Source of the DNA: Podarcis erhardii
Lineage: Eukaryota
Assembly (NCBI GenBank): GCA_964252035.1
Contig: OZ176200.1
Reading direction: 5' to 3' (one strand)
DNA length: 64,000 nucleotides
The position numbers and the translations under genes are program-made. Under the pieces are notes generated by a model, which worked only from the letters and a program-made list of their open reading frames with translations, was not told where the DNA came from and did not search any database. Positions 26,270 to 38,830 of the stretch are shown here, one piece after another; position 1 is the first letter of the stretch, and each line of letters starts with the position of its first letter.

Positions 26270-26680
26270 CTGTAGCAAGAAAAAAAAAAGGAATGGGTGG
26301 AAACAGAGGAATATTCAACAAAAGTGCATATCATATCTCATCCAATGTTACAGAATGATACTCGCTCCCAAAGCATCTCTCGGTAGCACAACAGGAAAAA
26401 AACCCAGAGAATCTTTATCAGCACTGCTGTGCTAGCTGCACAGTTCATGAAGGGTCATGCTAAAAGAAATAATAAAAGCCCCTTCCACAGGGAAATTTCA
26501 GTTTTATTGAGAGGTTTTGGTTTTAGACACTAATACTGAAGGATTCAGAGTCCTCTGAAAAACAGAAACCCCCTCAGAAACTAAAGTTTGTAATGTACCA
26601 TTAAAAAAAATTATATAAAGAAAACAAATAGAAAAGGGATGGAGGATGGGAAATTCCAGACACAGAACTATATAATCTTT

Positions 26681-26868
26681 GGAGAAAGGCTGTAGCTGAG
26701 CTGCAGAGCATCTACTTTGCATTCAGAAGGTCCCAGGTTCAGTCCCAGGCATCTCCACACAGGGCTAGGAGAGACGCCTGCTTGAAACCCTGGAGAACAG
26801 CTGCCAGTCCATGTAGACAATACTAAACAAGATGGACAATGGCCTGATTCAGCATAAGGCAGTTTTCT
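26681..26868 (+). mobile_element. tRNA-derived SINE (Squam3/MIR-like)
   Basis: A/B-box head GGCTGTAGCT...GGTTCAGTCCC, core CCCTGGAGA.CAGCTGCCAGTC, end GCATAAGGCAG. Confidence 0.7.
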
Positions 26869-26909
26869 TCTTTAAAAACAGAAAAAATGATTCCTTGTAC
26901 ATTGCTTTC

Positions 26910-27247
26910 TGTTATGTACTAAGTTGAATAGGATCCAAAATGCAGCAGTCTGATTGATCCTAGAACAATAGGATTCAGAATGCAGCAGTCTGATTGGCCC
27001 TAGAACAATAGGATTCAGAATGCAACAGTCTGATTGGTCGGCAGGAGCCACCCAATCCAGGTCCAGATAGAAGTGAATCCACAACCTGATTGGCTTACAG
27101 GAGAAGTCAGGAATTAGCCAATCACGTGCAGCCCATTGTGTAAATAATGTATATAAAGCAGATACTTTGAGGGGACTTTCATTCCTCCTCACCACTATGA
27201 GCTGAATAAAGAGCATGAAATCCACTCTCAACTCCCAGTATATTTCA
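26910..27247 (+). mobile_element. Solo LTR (338 bp) with a 40-bp tandem enhancer-like repeat
   Basis: TGTTATGT...TTTCA ends, near-TSD CTTTC/GTTTC, about 2.8 copies of a 40-bp unit (26927-27037), CCAAT boxes, TATATAAA at 27150, AATAAA at 27205. Confidence 0.8.
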
Positions 27248-27544
27248 GTTTCACAAGAGATGTCTGCCCAGTTTGGAGAGAGATCTCTCCTCCTGATGCT
27301 GCAGTCCCTGCAGTGCAACCAAAACTGTTGTGAGGGTCACACGATCCCCCAAAGAACCTTTGGGAGAGTAAAGAAGTCAAGAAAGAATTGGAAGAGATTG
27401 GCTGCAAGAACAGCCTTTCTTGTGCACAAGCAACCTTTGGCTCCAACCCAGGCATGCTAAAAATTGTCTGCTTCTGATCAGCTTCTCTAGGCTGAACATG
27501 TGAAAGAAGATGGGTCATCATTTCACATTTAAGTTACATTTACA

Positions 27545-27650
27545 ACAAGACTCTTAATCTCAAGGTCATGGGTTCGAGACCCCTGTTGGGTAAAAGATTC
27601 CTGCATTGCATGGGGCTGGACTAGATGACTCTTGCGGGCTCATCCAACTC
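27545..27650 (+). mobile_element. SINE with a tRNA-Lys-like head and a CR1-like 3' tail
   Basis: GACTCTTAATCTCAAGGTCATGGGTTCGAG resembles tRNA-Lys(CTT) and is followed by ATTCCTGCATTGCA...CCAACTCT (CR1 3' end). Confidence 0.65.
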
Positions 27651-27794
27651 TGTTTGCATGCAGAAGGTCCCAGGTTTAATTCCCAGTGACATCTCTAGGC
27701 AGGACTTGGAATGCCCTCTGAAACCCTGGAGATGCTGCCAGTCAGAGATGAACCACTGCTCTGACTCAGTATACAGCAATTTCCTATGTTCCTA
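27651..27794 (+). mobile_element. Squam3/MIR-like SINE, 5' truncated
   Basis: TGCATGCAGAAGGTCCCAGGTT...CCCTGGAGATGCTGCCAGTCAG...TTCCTATGTTCCTA. Confidence 0.65.
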
Positions 27795-29389
27795 ATTTTA
27801 GGAACATAATGCTGCCTTCTTCACTCCAGCCAGTGTTACCAAAGATGCACACCCTTGTACCATTTGTGGGTGCATGTGTAAAAATGCCACTGGATTGAAG
27901 CTTGCACCAGATAGAATCTAGCTGACAGGTGCTTGTTTGTGAGCACCCACAAAGTTCAATTATGACGGCAATAATAAAAAAAGGAAAACCCTTTTTCAGA
28001 CCACAGAGATGACACACCAGCCACTGAAATCCACTAGGTTTAGCTTATGTTTAGCTTGGATACATTTGCAGAATACTTCACATCCACTCTGAAGCACCTA
28101 CCACACACCAAGTCCCACAAAGCTGTGTTTCCCACACGCAAATGACACCAGCATTTCCCCTTCACATATGGGGTTTCTCTCATCCCGAGTTCCCAGGTTT
28201 CCTTCTGAATGCTTCTCTGTCTACCAAGGCAGCTCTTAGTCATTTGCTGGCCATGCCATTTCCACATGCCCTGCAATATATTATTATACTAGGGGTTGGA
28301 AATCCTGAATAAGGTTTTCGGGAATCTGCTGGGGATTCCAGCTATCAGAAATTTACAGTATATAAACAAAACACAGAGCAGTATGCATGTAACTGTTTGC
28401 TGCAAAAAGGGGGGGAGGGGACAAAAGAAAATAAATCAGCATTCTTTAAAATACACACACATTTTAGGATTTCCATCACTGCTCTTTTCAAATGTTCCCT
28501 CATTCGGCTTTCTGCAACCACAACAGCACTAATGAAAGCAGTGGAGCCTAAAGGCTGTTAATCACAGAGGCAGCCACAGCAGCAACCTTGACCAGCTAGC
28601 TAGCCCATCACAGCAAGAGGAGGAAAAGGAGGAGGACACAGCTAAAGCAAAAGAACCAGAAGTAATTAAATTGTAACAGACCAGCTTTCCAATCCATTCG
28701 CTCATGTTGTCCAACCAGACACCAGAGATGATACAAAATGGGATGAGGGTTTGCACAGTATTCTCTGTACAATTCAGTACATTCAAACCACACAAGCTTT
28801 TGCACTGCCCTCAAGGATTCAGTGGGTTGTGCAGCCAGTGCATGGAGGGGATGTGAACCCATGCAACCCCTTTTGCATGAGTACCCAGAGCAGAAGGGGA
28901 GAAAGAGAAGATGCTTCTCACAGGACTGCTTTTGCAACTTTAAAAGGTACCAGTATTGTGCAAGGAATAAATATCTGTGGTAGGTGTTGCCTAGCTTTCT
29001 TTGTTTGAATTCCTTCTTCTCCTTTTACCAGCACCTGATTTTGTGCTGACTCCAGTCTGATAAAAGGGGCTGGCCTGTGAGCAAATTAGGATCCTGCTGC
29101 AGTACAGAAGCCTGTAAGAAAGCCTCCAGACATGTTGCAACCGTACAATGCAAGGATGATCCTGACTGCAAGGGAAGCCATTTCTTGAGAATTCATCTAA
29201 ATCCTGAGGAACTAGGTGAGAGAGTGAAAGTTCTTCCTCACTACCACCCAAACTATAAATAGCTCCACTTCCTGGGTTGGGTGTTTTGAAAAACATGCAC
29301 AAAATTTCAGGTCCTGTTGGTGGTTTGACTACCTTTTTCATTATTATGCATAAAGCATCATCATATATTATACGTTACTGGTTTATTTC

Positions 29390-30290
29390 TGGTTATCTTT
29401 CCACAAGGGCAGACATTGATGCCAAAATCCAGTACAGTGGTACCTCGGGTTATATAAGCTTCAGGTTACATACGCTTCAGGTTACAGACTCCGCTAACCC
29501 AGAAATAGTGCTTCAGGTTAAGAACTTTGCTTCAGGATGAGAACAGAAATCGTGCTCTGGCAGCGTGGCAGCAGCAGAAGGCCCCATTAGCTAAAGTGGT
29601 GCTTCAGGTTAAGAACAGTTTCAGGTTAAGTATGGACCTCCGGAACGAATTAAGTACTTAACCCGAGATACCACTGTATTGCCTGAGCTCAGCGAGTGCA
29701 GCTTTCTCCTGATTGAAGTGCAGACTGTCTGAGGACTGGGACATTCACAGGGAAACCAAAGTGCTTGTTTACAAAGCTGTTGTACTACCAACCTTACTGT
29801 ACACTTGTGAAACATGGACTACTTATAAATGCCAACTCCTCAAAAGATTCCATCAACGGTGTCTCTGAAAAAAATTACATATCACATGAGAAGACAGGCA
29901 AACAAATGCCAGTGTACTGGAAGAAGCAAAGATCACCAGTGTTGAAGCAATGATTCTTCAACATCAGCTTCATCGGACTGGTCTGTTTGTTCAAATGCCT
30001 GATTATCGTCTTCCAAAGCAACTACTGTATTCCAAACTTAAAAATGGAAAGTGTCAACAAAAGAGGTTCAAAGACTCTCTCAAGGCAAATCTTTAAAAAT
30101 GTAGTATAAACACCAACAATTAGAGAATAGCCTTTACCAAAGGTGTCATGGACTTTGAAGACACTTGAACTCAGTACGAAAGGGAAAAAGGTGCTAAGAG
30201 GAAGGCATGTTTGGCAAACCCTCACCATGATCAACTCACACCCAGAAACCTAAGTCCCTACTGTGGAAGGACATGTGGTTCCAGAATTTC
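29390..30290 (+). mobile_element. Degenerate RTE-clade LINE 3' part, interrupted by a MITE
   Basis: Pieces translate as YLSTRADIDAKIQY / RETKVLVYKAVVLPTLLYTCETW / PDYRLPKQLLYSKLKNGK / QKRFKDSLKANL, typical of RTE ORF C-terminal regions; stops and frameshifts present. Confidence 0.8.
29435..29676. mobile_element. Tc1/mariner (Tigger-like) MITE
   Basis: TIRs CAGTGGTACCTCGGGTTA / TAACCCGAGATACCACTG with flanking TA duplication (29433-34, 29677-78). Confidence 0.9.
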
Positions 30291-32031
30291 AAACAAGGAG
30301 CTTTGCGAAAAGGCAAGTTTTAGAATTATCTTTCCAAATTATGCTTCCCCTTCGCTTCCCCAGCAAAAAGCAGAGATGATAACTTTTTCATATTTTAGCT
30401 GTCCTTTCTTATTCCGTTTGCCATGTTAGAACAAGTAACAACAGTTTATTCAGAAAGCAGTATAGGCAGGGACTGAGGCTTACTATAAAGATAGAAGACT
30501 TCTTGCCGTCCTTGGTAAGGTCCAAATAAATGAACATAAACATTGCCCATTCCTATATATGTTAACTTAGAAGAAAATCCTATCAGGTTTAATGCAGCTA
30601 GCTTGAAGGCAGAAATGCACAGGGGTGCTAATAAGATGAAAAAGACCTTTAAGATCCGTTGAGGTACCAAATCAAATTTCACAGAGCCTCACGAATTTTG
30701 CCACAGAGACTAGGAATTTCCCCGAGGCTGCTGCAACAGGAAAATATTCAATATCACCTGCATTCATAGCAAAGAAACTGACTGTGTTTGATCTTTTGTG
30801 TTTGCTTGGAAGCCCAGAGGCAGCCAATTGCAAGAACATAAAGCCACCATCTAAAGAGTCACTGGCTTCACCCATGCAGTATGTTTTGAAGTGTAGCCTC
30901 AAATGGCAAACCATTTTCCGAAATAGGAAAAGTTTCAAAAAACTGTTGAAACAAAATACGAGGCATTTTTTAAAAAAAAAAAAACTGTTGAAACGTAGGA
31001 ACAGGCAATGCTATTAAAAGCAGGGAGCAAGGAAGAGGTCAAAAGTCCCATCAGGAATGCAGAAGCCCTTTGGGCATTCTCATAGATGGGCTCTGGGTTA
31101 TACTTCTAATGGCTGCTCAAGGATATAAAATACCTGAACTTCCAAAGCATCCAATTCTCGTTCAGCTCTAACACACACAGGTTTCCTGAAACTGCTGACA
31201 TTGAAGCAAACAAACCATCCTAAAACACAGATGATGAATAACACTGTAGGAATGGTAAATCTATAACAGCCTTACAAATAATGGTTCAAATATGGCTGGC
31301 CAAGGAACAGTTCCAGAAGCATTTTTCCTCCACACCTAGCTTTAGTGGCTTCTGGACTTTGTCAGCTGGGTATGTATTGAAACTTCATTAATTTTGTTAT
31401 TTTTAACATTAAGTAGATTCTGCTTTCTAGCCACCTGCAGCTGATTCTTACTTGCCCTGGGCAAGTGCCTGTTTACAAACCTGGTATAAAGTAAAGTGCT
31501 TAGATTTCTATTTGTGGATTGCCATTCCACAAAAAAAGGCAAGTGCCTGAAATGTTTTAGATATTTTGGAGGAGGTTTTCAAAAGTATCAGTCCAAGAAA
31601 GATCAATCAAACTCTCTGGGTTTTAAAAATATCATGCAGTTCCTTCCCACCCATTTATAACAGGCAACAGAGAAAGAATCAGCATGGAATCTATCCTGCT
31701 GCTCCTTCTTGCCCTTTCAAATCAAGTAAATCTTTAACTAGGTTTGTGATTAGTGAAATCCTTGATATGGGTTCCACTGATAAGGTCCCAACTCTAGACA
31801 ACATGTTCATTTCCTAAACATATGAGTGTGTGTTTTGACTTTATTGTATCCAGCAGAAAGAAGCAACTTTAATATTTCATTAATAGCATCTTCTATACAA
31901 AAGCATTTATGCTTAGAACTTGTATATTTATAAAGCACATATATGCTCAGTGATTTTCAGACACTGAAGAACTACTACCTATTTTGGAAGCTGTTTAGTT
32001 GACTGTTCTATAAGCATTTGAACACCTCACA

Positions 32032-33560
32032 TCTTTAGACCCAGCCAATATAGCCAACTATCGCCCAGTCTCAAATCTTCCATTCTTGGACAAGGTGATT
32101 GAGTGTGTGGTTGCTGAACAACTCCAAGCACGCCTGGAGGATGCGGACCATTTGAATCCCTTCCAGTTGGGATTCAGGCCTCACCATGGGACTGAAACTG
32201 CCTTGGGCGCGCTGGTCGATGATCTCCGGCAGGCTAGGGACAAAGGTGAGAGCTGTTTCCTAGTTCTGCTGGATCTCTCAGCAGCCTTTGACACTATCAA
32301 CCATAACATCCTTCTGGACTGTCTAGAGGGGCTGGGAGCTGGGGGCACTGTTATACAGTGGTTCCGCTCCTTTCTTGTTCAGAATGTGGTGGTGGGCGAT
32401 GAGTGTTCAGACTCCTGGTCTCTCACTTGTGGGGTGCCTCAGGGTTCCGCCCTCTCCCCCAAGCTTTTTTATATCTATATATCTATAACATCCTTCTGGA
32501 CCGTCTTGAGGGGCTGGGAGCTGGGGGCACTGTCATACAGTGGTTCCGCTCCTTCCTCCTGGGCCGTGTTCAGAAAGTGGTGGTGGGGGATGAGTGTTCA
32601 GACCCCTGGGCTCTCACTTGTGGGGTGCCTCAGGGTTCTGTCCTCTCCCCCATGCTTTTCAACATTTACATGCAGCCGCTGGGAGAGATCATCAGTAGGT
32701 TTGGGCTGGGTGTTCATCAGTATGCAGATGATACCCAGCTCTACCTCTCTTTTAAATCAGAACCACTGAAGGCGGTGAATGTCCTGTGTGAGTCCCTGGA
32801 GGCGGTTGGGGGATGGATGGCAGCTAACAGATTGAGGTTGAATCCTGACAAGAGAGAAGTACTTTTTGGGGGACAGGCGGGGTGTGGGGGACTCCCTGGT
32901 CCTGAATGGGGTAACTGTGCCCCTGAAGGACCAGGTGTGCAGCCTGGGAGTCATTTTGGACTCACAGCTGTCCATGGAGGCGCAGGTTAATTCTGTGTGC
33001 AGGGCAGCTGTCTACCAGCTCCACCTGGTATGCAGGCTGAGACCCTACCTGCCCGCGGACTGTCTCACCAGAGAGGTGCATGCTCTAGTTATCTCCTGCT
33101 TGGACTACTGCAATGTGCTTTATGTGGGGCTACCTTTGAAGGTGACCCGGAAACTACAACTAATCCAGAATGCGGCAGCTAGACTGGTGACTGGGGGCAG
33201 CTGCCAAGACCACATAACACCGGTCTTGAAAGACCTACATTGGCTCCCAGTACATTTCCGAGCACAATTTAAAGTGTTGGTGCTGACCTTTGAAGCCCTA
33301 AATGGCCTCTGTCCTGTATACCTGAAGGAGCGTCTATACCCCCATCGTTCAGCCCAGACACAGATCCAGCGCCGAGGGCCTTCTGGCAGTTCCCTCCCTC
33401 CAAGAAGAGAGGTTACAGGGAACCAGACAGAGGGCCTTCTTGGTAGTGGCACCCGTCCTGTGGAACACCCTCCCATCAGATGTCAAGGAAATAAGCAGCT
33501 ATCTTATTTTTAAAAGACATCTGAAGGCACCCCTGTTTAGGGAAGTTTTTAATATTTAAT
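32032..33560 (+). mobile_element. 5'-truncated L2-clade LINE: reverse transcriptase domain to 3' end, frameshifted
   Basis: NYRPVSNLPFLDKVIE, LLDLSAAFDTI, GVPQGSVLSPMLFNIYM, HQYADDTQLY and LDYCNVLYVGLP motifs spread over three frames; ends in an (ATT)n tail. Confidence 0.93.
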
Positions 33561-33574
33561 GCTATATTGTATAA

Positions 33575-33616
<42 letters not shown>
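33575..33616. repeat. (ATT)14 microsatellite forming the L2 tail
   Basis: Read directly from the sequence. Confidence 0.95.
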
Positions 33617-33617
<1 letters not shown>

Positions 33618-36600
33618 TGGCGACTGCATTTTGAAACTGTTGCTAAACTATCTTTAAAAGTACAACCCACAGAGAATTTTGGCTGGATATAACCAGTGCA
33701 CAAGTCACTAAAAGCAGATCTACTTTTCAAGACAAGCTTGCAGTTGCTGGTGCACTGGATTAAGCTGGAAAAGGGTACTCCTAACCAAAGGCATCACCTG
33801 GACAGACAATAGTTTTCAAACTATACAATTGGCTCTTCAAGCAGCATAAAACCAAAGTACGTTGCCCATTTCCACCTGAATCAGCAGCTAATAGCACCTC
33901 CACTTTCTCTGAATTAACTGTGCTTATCCTCATCCAGACCAGAGTTACAAAACATTCCTGGTTAGAGATTGCACTGGGATGCAAACAAACGGTGCTACGT
34001 GGGTCAATCTGAGTAACAAACTGGGACACAAAGGACAGCTTGCCGCAAGGAGGTTCATGATGAAAAGTAGCCCTGAACTAGTAACCAGCACCAGAAACTG
34101 TGGCACCAAATCTCCTAAGGAAATTGCTACACGAAGAAATTTATTTTGTTTTGTCCCAGACCTGTCACTAAGTTTCACTAGATGTGCTAGCATGTTGCCA
34201 TAGCCCAAAATAAGTCAAAGTCTGTTGCTGCACAATATTTTGAAATGGCATGTAGAATAAGAAATACGTAGGAACTCTAGGCAATAACCACAAATGTGTC
34301 CAGAGATTGCAACTTTTGAAGGACTATACACAGCTCTTTCTACTTCATATATGCAAGCTATAAATAGGAAGGGTGATCTATATGTAGCAGGGACACTGGA
34401 AATCTAAAAGTTATTTTAAATTTTAAGCTGGCTTGTTACATCCTTTGTTTTGTTTATATTCCAGACATGTCTTGGCAAGGCTGAAAAGCATTTTAGATGT
34501 GTTTAAAATCTGGTTGTAGGGAGAAAAAGAAATGCTATTCTATTCTCACACGCAATCTGATTGAATCCTATTTTCTAGTGTTGTTGTATTACCACAGCTA
34601 CGATATTCAAATAAACATTTGCCATTTGATTAATAAGAATGCATCAGCCAGTGAATTTAAACATTGCTTCTATCTGAACACATTAACGTATTTCCTAATG
34701 AAAATATGATGGAATCTCATAAGGTGCATGGTATGTAAACATGAGCCTTATTAAAAACATGACTGGAAAATACATTTGGAGAAGCAACTGCACATGCAAG
34801 TCTACAGAAATCATTCTTCTAATTTTCTGCCAAGATGTCCTGATCTGCTTGTTCTGAATTTGCTTTTATAATTTTACATTTTATTTTTCCAATCTCTTCC
34901 AAAAGTGAGCTGAGTAGAGCAGCAGTAGTACAAACTACAAGAATTAACAGTCCAGAGTTAAAGCATACGCACCCTTAAGTAAATCCCCTTTTTTCAGTGG
35001 AGTTTGCTCTCTAGAAAGCACACTTAAGACAGCCAAAATAGTTATTGGATATTAAAATTACGATTATTATGAGATGATAATTAAAAACACTGGGATATTA
35101 TTAAAATACTATCACTGTCTTCTCTAAAGCTGCGCTGGTTCTCTTTGAAAAGTGTGTACTCTTCCATAAACTTCAAAAGACTGGTTTCTTTTCTTAAAAT
35201 GTACAATGTACAACTTTTCTTAAAATGTACAACCATTTACAATGATTACAGCTGAATTGCTAACCCCACTTACCTGGGAGTAAGCCTCATTTAATTAAAT
35301 GAGACTTATTTCTGAGAATGTGGTTATGACGGCAGCCTAAAGTACTGCTTTATTTTTATTTTATTCTTAAAAAGAAAAGAAAAGTCAGGTGCAAGAAAGT
35401 TCTTGGTAATTTATCATTGCTGATAATGCTGCACATTAGCTAAAGGGTTGAGCCATTCAAAAGAGATTCAAATTAAAAGCACACACAAAAATCCTATAAA
35501 CCAAAACACCTTTTGTTCCTAACACACTCTGATAAAACCTGCTAATGCTGGTCCCTTACCTTTAGGTCCTACCAAAGAGCAAAACTTCTGTCTCTCAAGG
35601 AATCAGAACAAGAACTGTGGCAGCACACAAGAACTGCAAGCAAGACGGGACAGAAGTAGGACACCCTCTGTCCACAGCTCCTCCCCCACTTGTCACTATA
35701 GGCAAAGTGCCAGCTGGCAGCCAAGAGGAGAAGAAGGTTAAGACTGGCTGGACTTCAAGACAAGAAGAATGCTGGCACAGCCAGCCAAGATAAGCTCTGC
35801 ATTCTGTGACCTGGACGAGACACAGTCAAACAAACAACAATAAGAATGTGAAAAGGCTCAGGTTAGAAGCGACAAGGGCCAGGAAAGGTTGCAGACCAAA
35901 GTGTCATTGTTGGAAAAACAACAACAGGATTTCTTAACAGTTGGAAAAATTCAACAGGTGAAGCATTCCCATGCTACAAATGGCTTCACCTGTTGAATGT
36001 CCTCTTGGGTACCTGTTAGAAGATGTGTGAGCTCTATTACTAAAACAAGACATGCCAGTCATAGGCAGAGCTCACTACTGCTGCTCTGTCATGTACTTAC
36101 TTGGGAGGAACTGTGTAGAAAATCCTTGACACTCTTTCTTTCTTTCAGACCAATACTGGGGAGCAAGTATTATCTGAGATCTTGGGCTTCTGATACAGCT
36201 TCATTCATTATTACCACTGCTAATATAGTGGTTTGTTTTGCTGCATGTGGTCTATGTTTGTTTTATTGTGCTATGGGCAAGCATGTTTTATTAATAGCAG
36301 TACGGGCTACAGTGTTTTATTTGTTGTTTCATTATTTAATTATACGGATGTCATCTTGGCTGCTCATTTAGATCAGAAAAGCAGCACAAAAGTGCAAATG
36401 AATAGCCTCGTAAAACCAATAGGAGCCACACCTCTGCGTTATCAGCAGTTATACAAAAGGCAATGATTAAAACATGATGCAACAATGCTTGGTTTGATAT
36501 GGAAGAGGACCAGCATGACACGAAACAACAGCACTGAATCAAGTGAGCGTACATCAGTCTGTGGCAATAGCTAAATCTATTGCCTTATCCATCTTAAAGC

Positions 36601-37290
36601 CTTCTCCATCAGACTGAACTAATTCTCACTGATCTCAACGGAATGATAAACTCAGCAAAACACACTGCCAGCCATACACATAATTGGGCACTAGCATGCA
36701 AAGTGCCCATCACATTTCATTGGCATCCACCAAGTTTTCCTTTAAGTAGCTCGGCCCAAACTAAACCAAGATACAAAAAGGAAGTTGATACAAAATGAAA
36801 CCGGAGGGAAAGATTCTGCCACCTTCAGATAGTCTGATTTCAGTCTGAGCACATTTACTGGAAAGTCAGTTCCATTTATTGGTGTGGAATCCCCTTCCAA
36901 GTAAATATGCTTAGGGTTCATATACTCCTCCGTGTATTTTAAACATTCCCTAAAGACAATATTCATCAAAGTGAGAGGCAGGTGTCTATAGGGAGACACA
37001 CAGAAAATTCCTGGGGGAGGCAGGAACTCTTGGCCAATGCCTCACTGTAGCAGGCATCAAATGGACCATGATGTGAGTTAGTCGTGATGCAAGATTAGAG
37101 CCCTGTGGCAGCAGCTTCCTTCCACCTTCCCTTTCCTTCCCCATCCTCATTAGAGGAAATTCAGGATTCTTGATCACAAGCCACACTTGTAATAGTAACA
37201 CCTTCAGCTGTTTTGCCATTTGATCATTAGCATTTATCCATTGCTTTTTACAAAGCATCTCACAAAATGTTAAAGCATAGAACCAAAATG

Positions 37291-37440
37291 GGGAAGAGCC
37301 ACAGCTCAGTGGCAGAGAATCTGCTTTGCATGCAGCAAGTCCCAGGTTCAATCCTTGCCCAAAATTTTGGGACAGCCACTACCAGCCAGAATGGGCAATC
37401 CTGAGCTAAATGGGCCTGACATAAGGCAGTTTCCTATGTT
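37291..37440 (+). mobile_element. Squam3/MIR-like SINE with an internal deletion
   Basis: GCCACAGCTCAGTGGCAGAG...GGTTCAATCC head and ATAAGGCAGTTTCCTATGTT end. Confidence 0.65.
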
Positions 37441-37720
37441 TCTGTGTTCTTCAGCCTTCAGATGTTGCTGTAATTTGTTTTTTATTATTATTCTTTTTAA
37501 TAAATGTCTCGAAGTGACTTATTGAATACAGAATTTAGCCTTTAAACCCCAAAATAAAAGTGGTTTTAAATTGTTCATTTAAAAGATAAATGCTAAAACA
37601 ACAACAGAAACACCTTTCTAATGGTTTATCTAGATGCACCACCACAATAAGCAGTATCAAGCACAACAAGTCCTCAGGATCCTTCCCACAGGGCAGATGG
37701 CAGTAGATAACCCTCTAAGA

Positions 37721-37843
37721 CAGTGTTCCTCAAACCTGGGTATCCAACTGTTGTTGGACTACAAATCCATAGCTAGTAGGTCCAGGGGTGAGGGGTAATG
37801 TTGGGTAGTCACAAACTTGGAGACCCAAGTTTGAGAAACACTA
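37721..37843. mobile_element. hAT MITE (123 bp)
   Basis: CAGTGTTCCTCAAAC / GTTTGAGAAACACTA TIRs; perfect 8-bp TSD CTCTAAGA. Confidence 0.85.
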
Positions 37844-38830
37844 CTCTAAGAAGAAGTCATATTATTCACTCACCTGCCCTTCTTGCTGTCCTAGGGTCCT
37901 TTCCACAAGACACTTGGTGGTAGCTGGCCCTGTCAGGGTTGGGGAGGGAGGGCGATTCAGCCCAAACAAGCTGTTGTGACTTCATCTTTTCTTCTTGCTC
38001 TCAGCTGGCTCATCCCAGTTAGTAAATGCACTGGAAGAGGGAAGCATAGGAGCACAGCACACTAGAAGAGGAGTGAGCCATCTGGTAGAAGGATTCTGCT
38101 GTCACAGTTGGATGTAGATATGAACTCCTCTGCATCTATATCCCTGCAGATCTGCACCTATACACAGCAGCCTCCAGTATCAACTTGGACACATGGAAAG
38201 CAGATCTTCATGAGCACTACATCAGAATCAGTGTGAGTTTGATGTGTAGAAATGCTCTTTTATGGGATTCTGTGGGGAGCAAGCCCTTAACGCTTGGCCA
38301 TGCTGATTCTAGAATACTTCATCTTGGAGACTAGAAGTCTAAGATGCTGAGTTTTTCTTTGATGCTATCACCTCTTTGCTGAAGGTGGCTGATCTGACCT
38401 CAATCTGGAAATTCCTGCCAGATATCTACTTTTTGTTTTTATGTTATTTATTAAATTTCTATATTGCCCTTCATCCGAGAATCACAGGGCAGTTTACAAT
38501 ATAAAACACAAAAATACATAATATAGTAACAAACAACAACAATACTGCCCCCACAGTTGAAAAGGCCATGGGTTGTTTAATTAGCCAAAGACCTAGGAGA
38601 TGTTTTCAACTGGTGCCTAAAGATATGTAACAACCATAACTTCATTGAGCTGGAGGAAAAGCAAAACATTTTTATTTAAAGTCACCTGCAGACTCTTATT
38701 ATGTGCTGAGATTAACAAACTGCAAATCTCTGGTCACTCATTTGCTGCAATTCTTGGAGCCATGAGACTTTGTCAAATGGAGTAGGAACAAGAGAGAGAG
38801 AGAGAGAGAGAAGATAGCAAGAAATATTTT

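Noticed and set aside
26927-27037. 40-bp repeats as a CRISPR-like array
   Set aside because: The units are directly tandem without spacers and sit inside a vertebrate LTR.
27545-27595. tRNA-Lys-like sequence as a real tRNA gene
   Set aside because: The 5' half is missing and it is fused to a CR1 tail.
32086-33513. Long ORFs (227, 195 and 215 aa) as a host gene
   Set aside because: They are frameshifted pieces of L2 reverse transcriptase.
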